DNA from: an uncultured Ruminococcus sp.
Lineage (GTDB): Bacteria > Bacillota > Clostridia > Oscillospirales > Ruminococcaceae
Assembly (NCBI GenBank): GCA_964619105.1
Contig: CAZUDC010000001.1
Coordinates: forward strand, 1 to 52,894
Reading direction: 5' to 3'
Length of the DNA: 52,894 bases
Within the stretch, counting starts at the first letter, position 1. Each line of letters starts with the position of its first letter. The position numbers and the translations under genes are program-made. The notes below the pieces were generated by a model. It saw nothing but the letters and a program-made list of their open reading frames with translations. It was not told the origin of the DNA and did not search any database. This document shows, one piece after another, positions 30,201 to 37,288 of the stretch.

Positions 30201-32171
30201 ATTTACAGCAAAACGGCTGACAAACGCAGTACGCAGTGCATTTTCTGCGATATGTCCACTCCAAAGTCCGACTCCCGACAGGACAGATTTGAGGTTTACA
30301 GACCTAACAGCAGCAAGGAGCTTGACTATGAGCTTCTCCGCAAGAAAATAGGTCTTGGCAATGGTGATGAGGATAATCCAAAGAACATAAATACCTTTGT
30401 TGATGTAAAAAGCTACATTGACAAGCATTCTCCCGAGAAGTCCGACAAGCTGAGTGAGGGTGACATTGTAGTTATCCGAAAGCCTAATTTGGACGATGGA
30501 AAGATGTATTCACAGGCAGCAATATTTGAAAACGGCAGGCTTAATGATGCCGATTCTCCCGAACTTCTTGAAAAGTTTTTTATGTCAGATATTGAAGATA
30601 TTCCGCCAAAGGAATTTAACGTGTATGATGATATTAAGAGCAAGCTTATGGACAGGGGAGTGCCTGAGAATGAAATTGCATTTATCCATGATTATGATAC
30701 TGCGGAAAAGAAGCAGAAGCTTTTTGATAAGATGAACACAGGTGATATTCGTATTCTGTTAGGTTCGACTGCAAAGTGCGGTGCGGGAATGAATGCACAG
30801 AAAAAAATGATTGCTCTGCATCATCTGGACTGTCCGCTGCGTCCGTCTGATATGCAGCAGCGTAATGGTCGAATCGAACGTCAGGGCAATGAAAATTCAG
30901 AAGTCGATATATTCCGTTACGTTACAAATAAATCATTCGACAGTTATTTGTTCCAGATCCTTGAGAACAAGCAGAAGTTCATTTCACAGGTAATGACAAG
31001 CAAGACACCTGAAAGAACCTGTGCTGATATGGACGAAACAGCCCTTGACTATGCGGAGGTAAAGGCACTCTGCGCAGGCAATCCCTTGATAAAAAAGGAA
31101 ATGGAGCTACAAGCCCTTATAAAGGACCTGAAAATGGAAAAATCACGATATTCTGAGTATATCTATGAATTGCAGGATAATATCCGTGTGAAGATACCGG
31201 AAAAGCTTCGTACCAATGAGCTTGTCATTGAGCATCTCCAAAAAGATATGGATACTGCAAATAAGGCTCCGAAGTTTGTTGACGAGGACGGCAAGGAGAC
31301 ACACCCTGTCACTATTATGGGTACAGTGTATAATGACCGCAAGGAAGCAGGCACGAAGCTGAAATCGCTCATTTCCGCAAATGCTGCAAAGATAGCGGAG
31401 GGGAAGATGTTTGATGTGGGAGAATACAGAGGTTTCAAGCTGTCGGTATTCTTTGATGTTCTCTCAAAGCACGTTAAGGCTTGCCTTGACGGTGAAAAGC
31501 ATCATTACTGCGACCTCAATCCCGAAACCGACACAGGCAATCTTATCCGACTGGATAACTGTATCAACAACATACAGAAAAGCATTGAAGATCTCAAAAG
31601 TTCCAATGAAACTATGAGGTCAGAGCTTAAACAAATGGAGGCTGATGTGGACAAGCCGTTCTCAAAGGCGGAAGAGCTTTTGAAAGCAGAAACCGAAATA
31701 GAGGAGGTTCATCTCCAGCTGACGAAATTTGAAATGACAGATGATACGCTGCAAAAGGAAGTCTTTGAACATCTTGCTGATATGTTTCCGCAGGTGCTTG
31801 AGGGTGACAGCGAATATGTGAAATTCAGCGTAAATGGCGGAGAAGATCTTCATGTGGAAATGAACGGTGATGTCCTCACGATCTGTCAGATCTATGAGCA
31901 GAACGGTGACCTTATGTATGACCCAAGAATTGACCTCAGGGTTGATTATGACAATCAGAAGGTAATTCCGTTAAACTATGAAAACAGCGGAATGGGAGTG
32001 TATGAGGAGTATGACTCTGAATTAACACCCGAAACCGCAAAGCAGATGAATGATTTGCTTGATTTTATGGACAGCACTATGCTTGAAAATATTGAAGCAG
32101 CAGGTTATGAGCCTATGGAGATAGAATCTGACAGAGATAGAAATGTCCGTGAAAATGATATGAGCAGATAA
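21219..32171 (+). CDS. Giant polyvalent protein (3650 aa): N-terminal repeat modules, YodL-like domain, N6-adenine DNA methyltransferase, SNF2-type helicase
   Basis: This is a single 10,953-nt ORF. MTase motif I is EPAMGIGNFF (26988-27020) and motif IV is GNVPFG (27177-27194). The helicase has Walker A GAGKS (29052-29066), DECH (29535-29546) and QQRNGRIERQGN (30855-30890). A YodL-like segment IYQLK...SLSVSDIIVL lies at about 25608-25895. Confidence 0.9.
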   Translation: MPEYINKEYYRQLAPNDRTFLNLTAQSVKAVMDRLTAENIKFSATVGYKNTITVSKADSERAMDIVKSFADKNRSSERIIGNTQYKDLPPSERKYINTDPETALQAANILAGDSAIKFSGRINANSATITVAGDSNAAFVRRIIDNIQNMDLVNELREKGYERIADTNGFVNIRNMQTGETAGFESLGEARNMFLDHDNEFFHPTEMRIEDNSLYRIVSDEENADYYISEYDPETGEERAVYLDDEGHCPTFGNVNDAIAYADEHDIGYTNTTGQLMEWITNDEERAADREMYERNIIAQTRFPHVDNRYPNDITYNPDSKAFSLVYFNEEGDGGDGEFIDITVTEDDVLAAYNSDDFMEYIYRNCRQNVIDTHSGYFEDYAKAYIDKPENVVRRYDDIAVSTYLEKNTPIIQKAIKDEITADSASLIIDGYEGTWYVVDTENIDGRELFLLESENYGDEAAGIIIDKDRNVIMGDVWNGFSDYHEKYDNITPEEKLADKVEAEWKAFLENMKKETPAVLIESAYEISTKDNIQTYITEEKLDLTEEQINALLSSRNILSELYDDWLSDEYLNSYSDVAELLKLTADKINETIERENIALFRKENLACAHDIDAFLSKHYNDNTLDSNAALTELLERYSLERIQVVVAANLYKKDFDGRISKENYNWGNEVIGKLSENMRMGINANYLTAHPGLLNLFANTVREYEEKSLEKEQAAPERTAEDIAVGDRYRYKGADVEVVSMKGIYPDDVGISKKERSGSTVYAVTSNVDKYELHRNGIYLGNGEKTVVSELDTAKKYIEDFLDSEYSSTADFSDMQHISIGYTEIGSEEQGDHSLQVEADLENFSVSYFIDDELAKTEKYDSLEQMNREHLSALSFEDMLNVGTTELDRILEEKNAQVKAVLAVSQYDTNRYYIANDVTEESVRNAIKNFDRLFMDLCTLGGTQITEAEFAQYSQTDGVTAIDVNIDEQTMHIYGAENPITSFAEIKGIDEISAHLDLDNNTINFSVITIDDEEPFVTGQYVGKDDITALEEYQEYIADTGKQFADVTVEYYQLGGDNESYNADDDELEYISEHLEDVLRNKSALCLESETYSVTAPTELLETEESEQEEPEHESEIIWTPIPETSDDNGAPTSYFAKYNDETFWISENFNGKFDIEEQDSQGNFAPINDDFSGFMRRGEAEKYFEEHISEYIAERDEAILDAIVGNITEPTAEKREEFARKNNTLNNFFNNNPLAVFREIIKSAGIEPTEDITVSETKKIFNSLKSTEISLMGYTYTLEFEPHDNSLSVRDTASDREANFVWGHAKELMYLIANENNISRENLIHNEVMRGTGFQDGKFRVADFYETSPSKKDFADFLKKEFGIGGHSGDGPVKFTNYDSKGIEIETTAGKENFTWSEVANVISNLMDKGEYITQKDIDNRIRNAQWIINNANENTDFTRLVYAHEILQKYGIEKPAPDNEYKIYQLKNNAENHAIRFESFTDAERYGEAAKPENYELVYTGSLDDFEDSNKLEAIYTKFNLDRPEDFKGHSLSVSDIIVLNNEANYVDTYGFVDVSDRFLGREKEKINLNDYENIRLVRRTEWNDKDLSNAENPAFEEITESYTPDEDGSFVKYAHNTTNSIFVDVWENENSVSSDDMIADIAKHLENMSNGVSSEDYRIELTEKDGNVRKLDNNYFDFVIEKSKVIAETMDFPEIPVDEMSTAVDAENSRTDYGYEPAIGDILENDSGLFRISDISENMITLEETSSLFHDSERMTLADFINRGYSLVEKAEPIEKVKSPLDTLENIHSDEVKSPVDTHSNNFVITDENLGVNGPKARFNANIAAVETLKNIEAEGRAATPDEQKILSGYTGWGAIPQAFDPNNSDWKNEYEKLKTVLDDAEYSEARRSTLNAHYTSPIVINAIYEGLANIGFEKGKILEPAMGIGNFFGAMPENMRESELHGVELDDLTGRIAKQLYPDADIQIKGFEKTAFENNSFDVVVGNVPFGNYKVNDKDYNKNNFLIHDYFIAKSLDKVHPGGVVAVITSKGTMDKENDDIRKYIAQRAELLGAIRLPDTAFKANAGTEVVSDILFLQKREIPIEIDPDKEGWIKLSVSADGFDVNNYFAEHPEMVMGDFKEVSGRFGNEVTVKLDDPSMLKSLLSEAVQNIKGEYKAASVMKNVEEINADVIPAPAESRKFSYQAVNGELYYREAGDTMEKVPVKGKGKDKIARAVAMVELRDTVRELLDLQMNNYDSSLDESISESRVKLNKVYDAFVAKYGFVSDKKNRDAFKGDDDYQLLSALETENKETGTYTKADIFEHNTVKPKTIAEHVETAQEALIISVSEKAKVNFDFMSELCGMDKNRMIADLKGQIFRLPQAEEKYVTADEYLTGNIRRKIAELNNAPEGMDVSENRAALEKAIPTRVEAKDISVKLGSHWIAPEYIRQFICEKFNPDWTGRNEMTVQYSKAAGEWKIEDVNGASKKNYTATNVFGTHRMNAYKILEGILNNSDLQVKDRKKDENGYEMRDEKGNYILVVNQEETKAVRQVANLIKSEFQDWIFKDPERREDLVQTYNEMYNSIRPREYDGSHLNFVGMNTDITLKEHQKNAVARALYGGNTLLAHAVGAGKSYEMIAIAMEGKRLGLHNKSLFAVPNSLTEQMGNDFRKLYPNANILVATKKDFEKANRLKLFAKIAANDWDAVIVGHTQFDRMGLSPEREQQYITEELAKLREELEYAAEFGEKSFSVKKIENAIASYEDRLNKLNDAQVKDDFIDFEKLGFDKLFIDECHMYKNLATATKMHNVSGLGSGGAARSFNLLMKSRYMDEITGGKGQTYASGTPISNSMCELYTMMRYLQADILKDCNINHFDEWAADFGDVKTDYELKPESDGKYQLKTRFAKFTNLPELMGMFKECADIRTADTLDLEKPKAHYHEVVAEPSKTQKKLIKSLSKRATAIRDGKVDPRDDNMLVITNDGRKIGLDQRLINSTLPDEKGSKVNLCIDNVFDIYSKTADKRSTQCIFCDMSTPKSDSRQDRFEVYRPNSSKELDYELLRKKIGLGNGDEDNPKNINTFVDVKSYIDKHSPEKSDKLSEGDIVVIRKPNLDDGKMYSQAAIFENGRLNDADSPELLEKFFMSDIEDIPPKEFNVYDDIKSKLMDRGVPENEIAFIHDYDTAEKKQKLFDKMNTGDIRILLGSTAKCGAGMNAQKKMIALHHLDCPLRPSDMQQRNGRIERQGNENSEVDIFRYVTNKSFDSYLFQILENKQKFISQVMTSKTPERTCADMDETALDYAEVKALCAGNPLIKKEMELQALIKDLKMEKSRYSEYIYELQDNIRVKIPEKLRTNELVIEHLQKDMDTANKAPKFVDEDGKETHPVTIMGTVYNDRKEAGTKLKSLISANAAKIAEGKMFDVGEYRGFKLSVFFDVLSKHVKACLDGEKHHYCDLNPETDTGNLIRLDNCINNIQKSIEDLKSSNETMRSELKQMEADVDKPFSKAEELLKAETEIEEVHLQLTKFEMTDDTLQKEVFEHLADMFPQVLEGDSEYVKFSVNGGEDLHVEMNGDVLTICQIYEQNGDLMYDPRIDLRVDYDNQKVIPLNYENSGMGVYEEYDSELTPETAKQMNDLLDFMDSTMLENIEAAGYEPMEIESDRDRNVRENDMSR

Positions 32172-32192
32172 ATTATATATGGATATATAAAA

Positions 32193-32222
32193 ATCCGCCT
32201 GTACCAAATGGTATGGGCGGAT
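32193..32222 (-). terminator. Terminator of the minus-strand gene 32660..32241, between convergent genes
   Basis: ATCCGCC TGTAC (32193-32204) pairs with GTATG GGCGGAT (32211-32222). On the minus strand it is followed by TTTTTATATAT. There is no U-tract on the plus strand. Confidence 0.65.
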
Positions 32223-32240
32223 CTGTATATAGGGGATAAA

Positions 32241-32660
32241 TCAAAGCTCAATAAAAGCCCCGTCAGCGTTTCCGTTTATAACATAGTAAGCCCTAAGACC
32301 GTCATTTTCAGCCTTTACATAAACATCGCAGGATTTAATGTGCTTGCGAGTACCGTTTCTGTATGCAGCCTTGCAAAGCTCAACAATATCATCATTGGTG
32401 TAGTCCTTGCCGTTGCTCTGAATAAGGAAAACATCATTCTTTTTAACTTCTTCCTTTTTAGCAGCAGGCTTTTTCTTTGCGGCAGGCTTGGATTCCTTGA
32501 CTTCCGCAGCAGTAGTTTCAACAGTGGGTGCAGATTCAGCTGCAACAGGAGCGGCTTCTGTTTTTGCTTCTTCAACAGTTGAAGTCTTTTCAATAACAGT
32601 TGCAGCAGGTGCGGCGGTTGTGTTTGATACTGCAAATTTATTTGATTTTTTACGCTTCAT
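32241..32660 (-). CDS. Lys/Ala-rich protein with a conserved C-terminal domain (DUF6465-like, from memory)
   Basis: An RBS GGAGG lies 7 nt upstream. The N-terminal half is low complexity (A/K/E/T). The C-terminus VFLIQSNGKDYTNDDIVELCK...YYVINGNADGAFIEL matches my recollection of DUF6465 proteins of Clostridia. Confidence 0.5.
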   Translation of the reverse strand: MKRKKSNKFAVSNTTAAPAATVIEKTSTVEEAKTEAAPVAAESAPTVETTAAEVKESKPAAKKKPAAKKEEVKKNDVFLIQSNGKDYTNDDIVELCKAAYRNGTRKHIKSCDVYVKAENDGLRAYYVINGNADGAFIEL

Positions 32661-32748
32661 AGTATTATCCTCCGATAGTGTTTTTCTTTCAGTATATCAA
32701 ATATGACTGGGTTTGTCAAATTATAGCAGAGAAAATAGCAGTTAATAC

Positions 32749-32777
32749 TTGATAGAATCCTCCAATTATGGTATAAT
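32749..32777 (+). promoter_or_regulatory. Sigma-A-type promoter: TTGATA, 17-nt spacer ending in the extended -10 TGG, TATAAT
   Basis: The -35 is at 32749-32754 and the extended -10 at 32769-32777. This lies 35 nt upstream of the ATG at 32812. Confidence 0.6.
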
Positions 32778-32811
32778 CAATTAGAAAATATTGAGAGGAA
32801 CAATCATAATT

Positions 32812-33342
32812 ATGGAATATGCAAGCATAATTGCTTCACATAATGATACTATCAGCAGCGATATATCATACAGTGACCCCGTTGTGGACTATATCGTGTA
32901 TTGCGAGCTGGACTTTTACGGAGTTGCGGAAGATGACGATGATGCCTGCGATAATACGGATAAGCGGACTTATCTCGGCAGCATAAAAGGCTATCTGATA
33001 CTGACACATCTTATGGAGCTTATGGGCGAGAGCGCATATAAGGTATGCGCCGATCACAGCAGAGAGCTTGAAACGATAATGTCAATCATTACAAAGCAGG
33101 AAAAGCGTGAGCTTGATGATGATGTGCTGTATATCACCGAAGCAGATATTCCCGATGATGTGTTCGGAACGATAATGATGGCACTTCCGAAAGTTGTGAT
33201 GAAGCATTACCACAGCTATCCTGAACTTATCGTGTATTATCCCAAGCCGTCAAAGAACAAGGCTGAATTTGAGCGCTTTGAAAACGTCGGCTTTCATAAA
33301 ATGGCAGATACATGTCTGCTGTATCTGGGTTCTTGGCTTTAA
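32812..33342 (+). CDS. Hypothetical acidic protein (176 aa)
   Basis: The ATG at 32812 follows the RBS GAGAGGA. I trimmed it from the listed TTG start at 32791. No motif was recognised. Confidence 0.5.
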   Translation: MEYASIIASHNDTISSDISYSDPVVDYIVYCELDFYGVAEDDDDACDNTDKRTYLGSIKGYLILTHLMELMGESAYKVCADHSRELETIMSIITKQEKRELDDDVLYITEADIPDDVFGTIMMALPKVVMKHYHSYPELIVYYPKPSKNKAEFERFENVGFHKMADTCLLYLGSWL

Positions 33343-33347
33343 TAAGG

Positions 33348-33397
33348 AAAAGCTGCGTTTACATTGGTCTGAAATCACCTTTATAAACGCAGCTTTT
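33348..33397. terminator. Bidirectional terminator between convergent genes
   Basis: A perfect 14-bp stem is formed by AAAAGCTGCGTTTA (33348-33361) and TAAACGCAGCTTTT (33384-33397). T-tracts are present on both strands. Confidence 0.75.
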
Positions 33398-33412
33398 GTT
33401 ATCTGTAAAATG

Positions 33413-34249
33413 TTATATAACCTGAAACAAAACCACACCCGACACGCAAAGAATACTTCCTATAATGCTTTCAGCCGAACCCCGTTCTTTTCGTATTAGC
33501 CCGATTATGAACAAGCTGACAAGTATCATCGGCTGAATAAACGAGTAATCCGTAAGGCTGACCGAGATAACGGCATTTTCAAGCAGCATTCCCAAGGTGT
33601 TCGGTATTCGTGCGAGAATGATCGCCGTTGCACCCTTTCTGTTCTTCCGAATGATCTCCTGCGGACGTATTCGGAACAGCATAATTACAGCAATTATCGC
33701 AAGTGCGGGCAAAAGCTGCATTGTCGGCGATATGTAAGGCGTAAATGCCTTTATTGCAAGTCCGTAGCCGAATTTTGCTCCGAGATATAACACGAGCGGT
33801 ACGGCGATTTTTTTGTATTCGATCCTGCTTTCTTTCCCTGACCTTGCGATAAATACAAGCCCTGCGACCGTGACAGCAATGCAGAGAAGTTTCAATATAC
33901 GAAGCTTTTCGCCGCAGAAAACATCGGTAATATATGAAGCAAAAAGAGTTACTCCGAGCCACGCTTTCAGCTCAAATGCAGTAAGCTGTTTCAGCACTAA
34001 TGCACTCATCTGCATTTCAAAAAATTTACATAGCGCAATAAGCCCTATCGCCGCAAAAGCCTGCCACGAAATATGAAAATAAAGCTTCTGAAACGGCAGG
34101 GAGAACAGCAGAAATACCGACATTGACGAGCATATCAGAAATGTAAATTCATCTCCCGAAAATTTTGCGTTGGAAACAGCGTATTTGTCGCTTAAAGAGG
34201 ATATCGTGTAACAGAGCGTAACTCCGAGCATAAGCATAACAGCATTCAT
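33413..34249 (-). CDS. DMT-superfamily (EamA-like) transporter
   Basis: It has about ten hydrophobic helices in two similar halves. The start is taken at MNAVMLMLGV (34249), trimmed from the listed 34288. Confidence 0.6.
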   Translation of the reverse strand: MNAVMLMLGVTLCYTISSLSDKYAVSNAKFSGDEFTFLICSSMSVFLLFSLPFQKLYFHISWQAFAAIGLIALCKFFEMQMSALVLKQLTAFELKAWLGVTLFASYITDVFCGEKLRILKLLCIAVTVAGLVFIARSGKESRIEYKKIAVPLVLYLGAKFGYGLAIKAFTPYISPTMQLLPALAIIAVIMLFRIRPQEIIRKNRKGATAIILARIPNTLGMLLENAVISVSLTDYSFIQPMILVSLFIIGLIRKERGSAESIIGSILCVSGVVLFQVI

Positions 34250-34318
34250 ATCACCAGCGCACCTTCCACCGCTCACGAAGCACATCAAGGCTTTCGATGT
34301 GTGAAGCGTGAGCGGTTT

Positions 34319-35431
34319 TTATTTTTTTGAGGTCTGCTCCTTTTCGCATTGTTCTTTCAGATATTTTTCAAAAAGTGCTTCATCGGACGGGAGATTTACC
34401 CAGTCATCTGTCCAGGCGGAAAGATATGCCGCATTTGAGATAGAAAGCGAGTTAAGCCCCTCTCTGCCGTCTGCGATCATAGGAGTACCGTTAAGTATCG
34501 CCTGCGCAAAGGCTTCAAGCACTTCAGGGTGTCCATCGGGCGCAGGTGCGGTGAACTCCTCATAAGTGCTTTCGGGTGTGACAAACCCCTCCTTTGAGGT
34601 GAAACAGAATTCACGTTCGGGAACGGCAAGCTTCTGTAAGCAGAGCTTTCCGTGTTCAATTACTATCTTGCCTCTGTCACCTGTTATTTCAAGACGGTTC
34701 GTTCCGCAGGCATCTCCCGTAGTTGTGATGAAAGCTGCGGTAGCACCGTTTTCATATTCGCCGTAAATAGTCACATCGTCCTCAACGTCAATGTTATGGT
34801 ATTTTCCGAAAGCGCAGAAAGCACGGACTCTTTTCGGCATACCGAATATCCATTGCCACAGGTCAAGATTATGCGGTGCTTGATTGAGAAGAACTCCGCC
34901 GCCCTCACCGTTCCAGGTCGCTCTCCAACTGCCCGAATCGTAGTAAGCCTGCGTTCTGTACCAGTTTGTGATTATCCATACCATACGCTTCAATTCGCCG
35001 AGCTGTCCGCTCTGCACTATCTCACGAGCCTTTGCATACAGCGGATTGGTGCGCTGATTGAACATAATGCCGAATTTTACGCCCGCTTTGTCGGCAGCTT
35101 CATTCATCTCACGAACCTGCCTTGTGTAAACGCCCGCAGGCTTTTCCGTAAGAACGTTGAACTTACGCTTGAAAGCTTCTATTGCAATTTTGGGGTGATC
35201 GTAGTGCGGTACAGCTATAAGTACAGCCTCAACAAGCCCGCTGTCAAGCAGCTCCGATGAATTTTCAAAACGTGCAATATCAGAATATTCCTTTGCTTTT
35301 TCAAGCTTTGCAGGGTCAATGTCACATACAGCCGTTACCTCGACAGAGGGGCATTTTCCGTCGAGAACATTGTAAAAATGTCCGCTGCCCATATTGCCAA
35401 GTCCGATTATTCCAAGTCGTATTTTTTCCAT
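34319..35431 (-). CDS. Gfo/Idh/MocA-family NAD(P)-dependent oxidoreductase
   Basis: The N-terminal Rossmann motif is LGIIGLGNMGSGH. The LTEKPAG motif and the length and C-terminal alpha/beta domain are typical of the family. Confidence 0.85.
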   Translation of the reverse strand: MEKIRLGIIGLGNMGSGHFYNVLDGKCPSVEVTAVCDIDPAKLEKAKEYSDIARFENSSELLDSGLVEAVLIAVPHYDHPKIAIEAFKRKFNVLTEKPAGVYTRQVREMNEAADKAGVKFGIMFNQRTNPLYAKAREIVQSGQLGELKRMVWIITNWYRTQAYYDSGSWRATWNGEGGGVLLNQAPHNLDLWQWIFGMPKRVRAFCAFGKYHNIDVEDDVTIYGEYENGATAAFITTTGDACGTNRLEITGDRGKIVIEHGKLCLQKLAVPEREFCFTSKEGFVTPESTYEEFTAPAPDGHPEVLEAFAQAILNGTPMIADGREGLNSLSISNAAYLSAWTDDWVNLPSDEALFEKYLKEQCEKEQTSKK

Positions 35432-35444
35432 AAGATCCTCTCCC

Positions 35445-36260
35445 TTACAGCAATTCTTTAAGTGAGTTTACCGCAGCTTCAAATGCAGCCCGTGCCGACG
35501 GATAGCAGTAATTCATCTTTGATTTTTCCGAAGCTTCAAGCTTGTCAAAGCCGTCAAAAACGGACAAATGCGGTTCTATCGTAAGCACCTCGCCTTTGTA
35601 TCGTTCAAGAATATACGGTATATTTCCGCTGCCTTTTCCCGCAGGAACAACAGAACCGTCCGCAAGAGCGTCCTTGATGTGCATATATTCAACATTGTCC
35701 GAAAGCATATTCCAAGCTTCAACGGTATCCTGTCCGCACTGAATAAAATTCGCAGGGTCAAATACTGCCTTTATTTGCGGAAATGCCTTGTGAATTTCTG
35801 AACAGCGAACAGCATTGTCACCGTAAATCCCTTTTTCGTTTTCGTGGCAAAGTGTTATTCCGCTACCCTTTGCAGCTTCGCAAAATCGTCCGAGCCGTTC
35901 AAAAACCTCATCTTTGCATTGCTCCTTTTCGCTTGACGGAACATAAAAGCTGAACAGACGGATATGCTTTGCTCCGAGAATATCCGCAAGCTCCAGACCG
36001 TGACGAAACTTATCAAGGTGAGCGGCAAAATCATCTCTGATACTGATCTTGCCGTAAGGTGAACCCAGTGACCAAACGGAAAGTCCGCTGTTTTCAAGCC
36101 GTCTGCGTATCTCCCGTGCTTTTTCTGCGGAAATATCGGCGATGTTCTGACCGTCAACACCTCTTATTTCAAGATAACGTATGCCGTTTTCGGTCATTGC
36201 TTTTATCTGACCGTCAAGGCTGCCGTCCGCTTCATCTGCAAATGCCGCTAATTTATACAT
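35445..36260 (-). CDS. Sugar phosphate isomerase/epimerase (xylose isomerase-like TIM barrel)
   Basis: The start MYKLAAFADEA at 36260 is preceded by AAAGGAG. Motifs HIRLFSF, LCHENEKG and HIKDA are typical of this family. Confidence 0.75.
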   Translation of the reverse strand: MYKLAAFADEADGSLDGQIKAMTENGIRYLEIRGVDGQNIADISAEKAREIRRRLENSGLSVWSLGSPYGKISIRDDFAAHLDKFRHGLELADILGAKHIRLFSFYVPSSEKEQCKDEVFERLGRFCEAAKGSGITLCHENEKGIYGDNAVRCSEIHKAFPQIKAVFDPANFIQCGQDTVEAWNMLSDNVEYMHIKDALADGSVVPAGKGSGNIPYILERYKGEVLTIEPHLSVFDGFDKLEASEKSKMNYCYPSARAAFEAAVNSLKELL

Positions 36261-36392
36261 TCCAAACACTCCTTTGCTTTTGCTGTTGAATAAATTATAT
36301 ACCGTCTTAAATAACATTGAAATTGTTAAAATGCGCAATTTATATTGCAAATTCACGCATATTATGCTATATTATATTCGGGAGGGACTTAT

Positions 36393-37196
36393 ATGCTGAA
36401 CGAGTATTCTTCGGGTGAGATGTACATAAGATATGCGGTCGATGATATGCCCGATGATAAGGATTTTAATATGCACATTCACGATAAATGTGAGATTTAT
36501 CTTTTTATTTTGGGAGATGTTGAGTATCTTGTGGAGGGCTCGGTTTATCCGCTCAAAGGCAGCAGCCTTATGATAATGCGCCCAGCCGAAGCGCACAGAG
36601 CAAAGATAAAAAGCTGCGAAAGATACAAACGCTATGCGGTGAATTTTCCCGTGTCGATGTTTAGTGAAACAGACCCCGAAAGCAGGCTTTTAAAGCCGTT
36701 TTTTGACCGTGATATCGGCACGGACAACATTCTTACTGCTGATGATATTGATATGAAGATCGTAACAAAGCTTTTTTCGCAGATGTGTGAAAATGCCGAT
36801 GATTACGGAAGAAAGCTTACGCTGACAACGCATATTTTTGCACTTGCCGATATGATAAGCAGAGCATTTTCGGTAAAAGGCGATAACGGGAATACAGCTC
36901 GGACAGCGGCACAGGAAATCATTATGTATGTGAATGAGAATATTTTCGGGGATATTTCCGTGCCGAACCTTGCACAGCATTTTTATTTGAGCACGTCGCA
37001 GTTCAGCCGTGTTTTCAAAAAGGCAACGGGTGCTGCTCCGTGGGAATACATAACACAGAAGCGTCTGACCGCCGCAAAAGAAAAGATCCGCAGCGGCGTT
37101 ACGGCATATTCTGCCTGCGAGCAATGCGGATTCAGCGATTATTCTGCTTTTTACAGAGCGTATGTCAAGCATTTCGGCTGTGCGCCGAAAGGGTGA
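36393..37196 (+). CDS. AraC-family transcriptional regulator (cupin N-domain plus C-terminal double HTH)
   Basis: The ATG at 36393 follows GGGAGGGA. The C-terminus is LAQHFYLSTSQFSRVFKK...GFSDYSAFYRAYVKHFG. It is divergent from the isomerase/oxidoreductase/DMT operon. Confidence 0.85.
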   Translation: MLNEYSSGEMYIRYAVDDMPDDKDFNMHIHDKCEIYLFILGDVEYLVEGSVYPLKGSSLMIMRPAEAHRAKIKSCERYKRYAVNFPVSMFSETDPESRLLKPFFDRDIGTDNILTADDIDMKIVTKLFSQMCENADDYGRKLTLTTHIFALADMISRAFSVKGDNGNTARTAAQEIIMYVNENIFGDISVPNLAQHFYLSTSQFSRVFKKATGAAPWEYITQKRLTAAKEKIRSGVTAYSACEQCGFSDYSAFYRAYVKHFGCAPKG

Positions 37197-37228
37197 ATTT
37201 ATAATGATATTATTGTAATTATACAGCA

Positions 37229-37270
37229 AGAAGAGCTGCATTCACAAGACCCTGTGAGTGCAGCTCTTCT
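37229..37270. terminator. Strong hairpin between convergent genes (terminator-like, no clear U-tract)
   Basis: A perfect 12-bp stem is formed by AGAAGAGCTGCA (37229-37240) and TGCAGCTCTTCT (37259-37270). The loop has an inner TCACA/TGTGA pairing. Confidence 0.5.
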
Positions 37271-37288
37271 ATACTTTATAAGTAATTG

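Larger units (their letters stand above)
780..32171 (+). mobile_element. Conjugative-element (ICE or plasmid-derived) transfer module of the Firmicutes VirD4/VirB4 (C. difficile CTn-like) type
   Basis: An uninterrupted co-oriented gene string encodes T4CP, Maff2-like, VirB6-like, PrgI-like and VirB4 proteins, membrane proteins, topoisomerase III, SSB and a giant methylase-helicase. Many genes have overlapping or near-touching stop and start codons. The element ends cannot be defined from this window. Confidence 0.8.

Noticed and set aside
32208-32582. A plus-strand 124-aa ORF overlapping the DUF6465-like gene.
   Set aside because: The minus-strand frame has a GGAGG RBS, a recognisable conserved C-terminal domain and a terminator. 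The plus frame has none of these.
34652-35260. A plus-strand 202-aa ORF, and similar antisense ORFs at 36690-37241 and 43261-43860.
   Set aside because: They are antisense to confidently identified genes (the Gfo/Idh/MocA oxidoreductase, AraC and hsdM). No RBS or motif is present.
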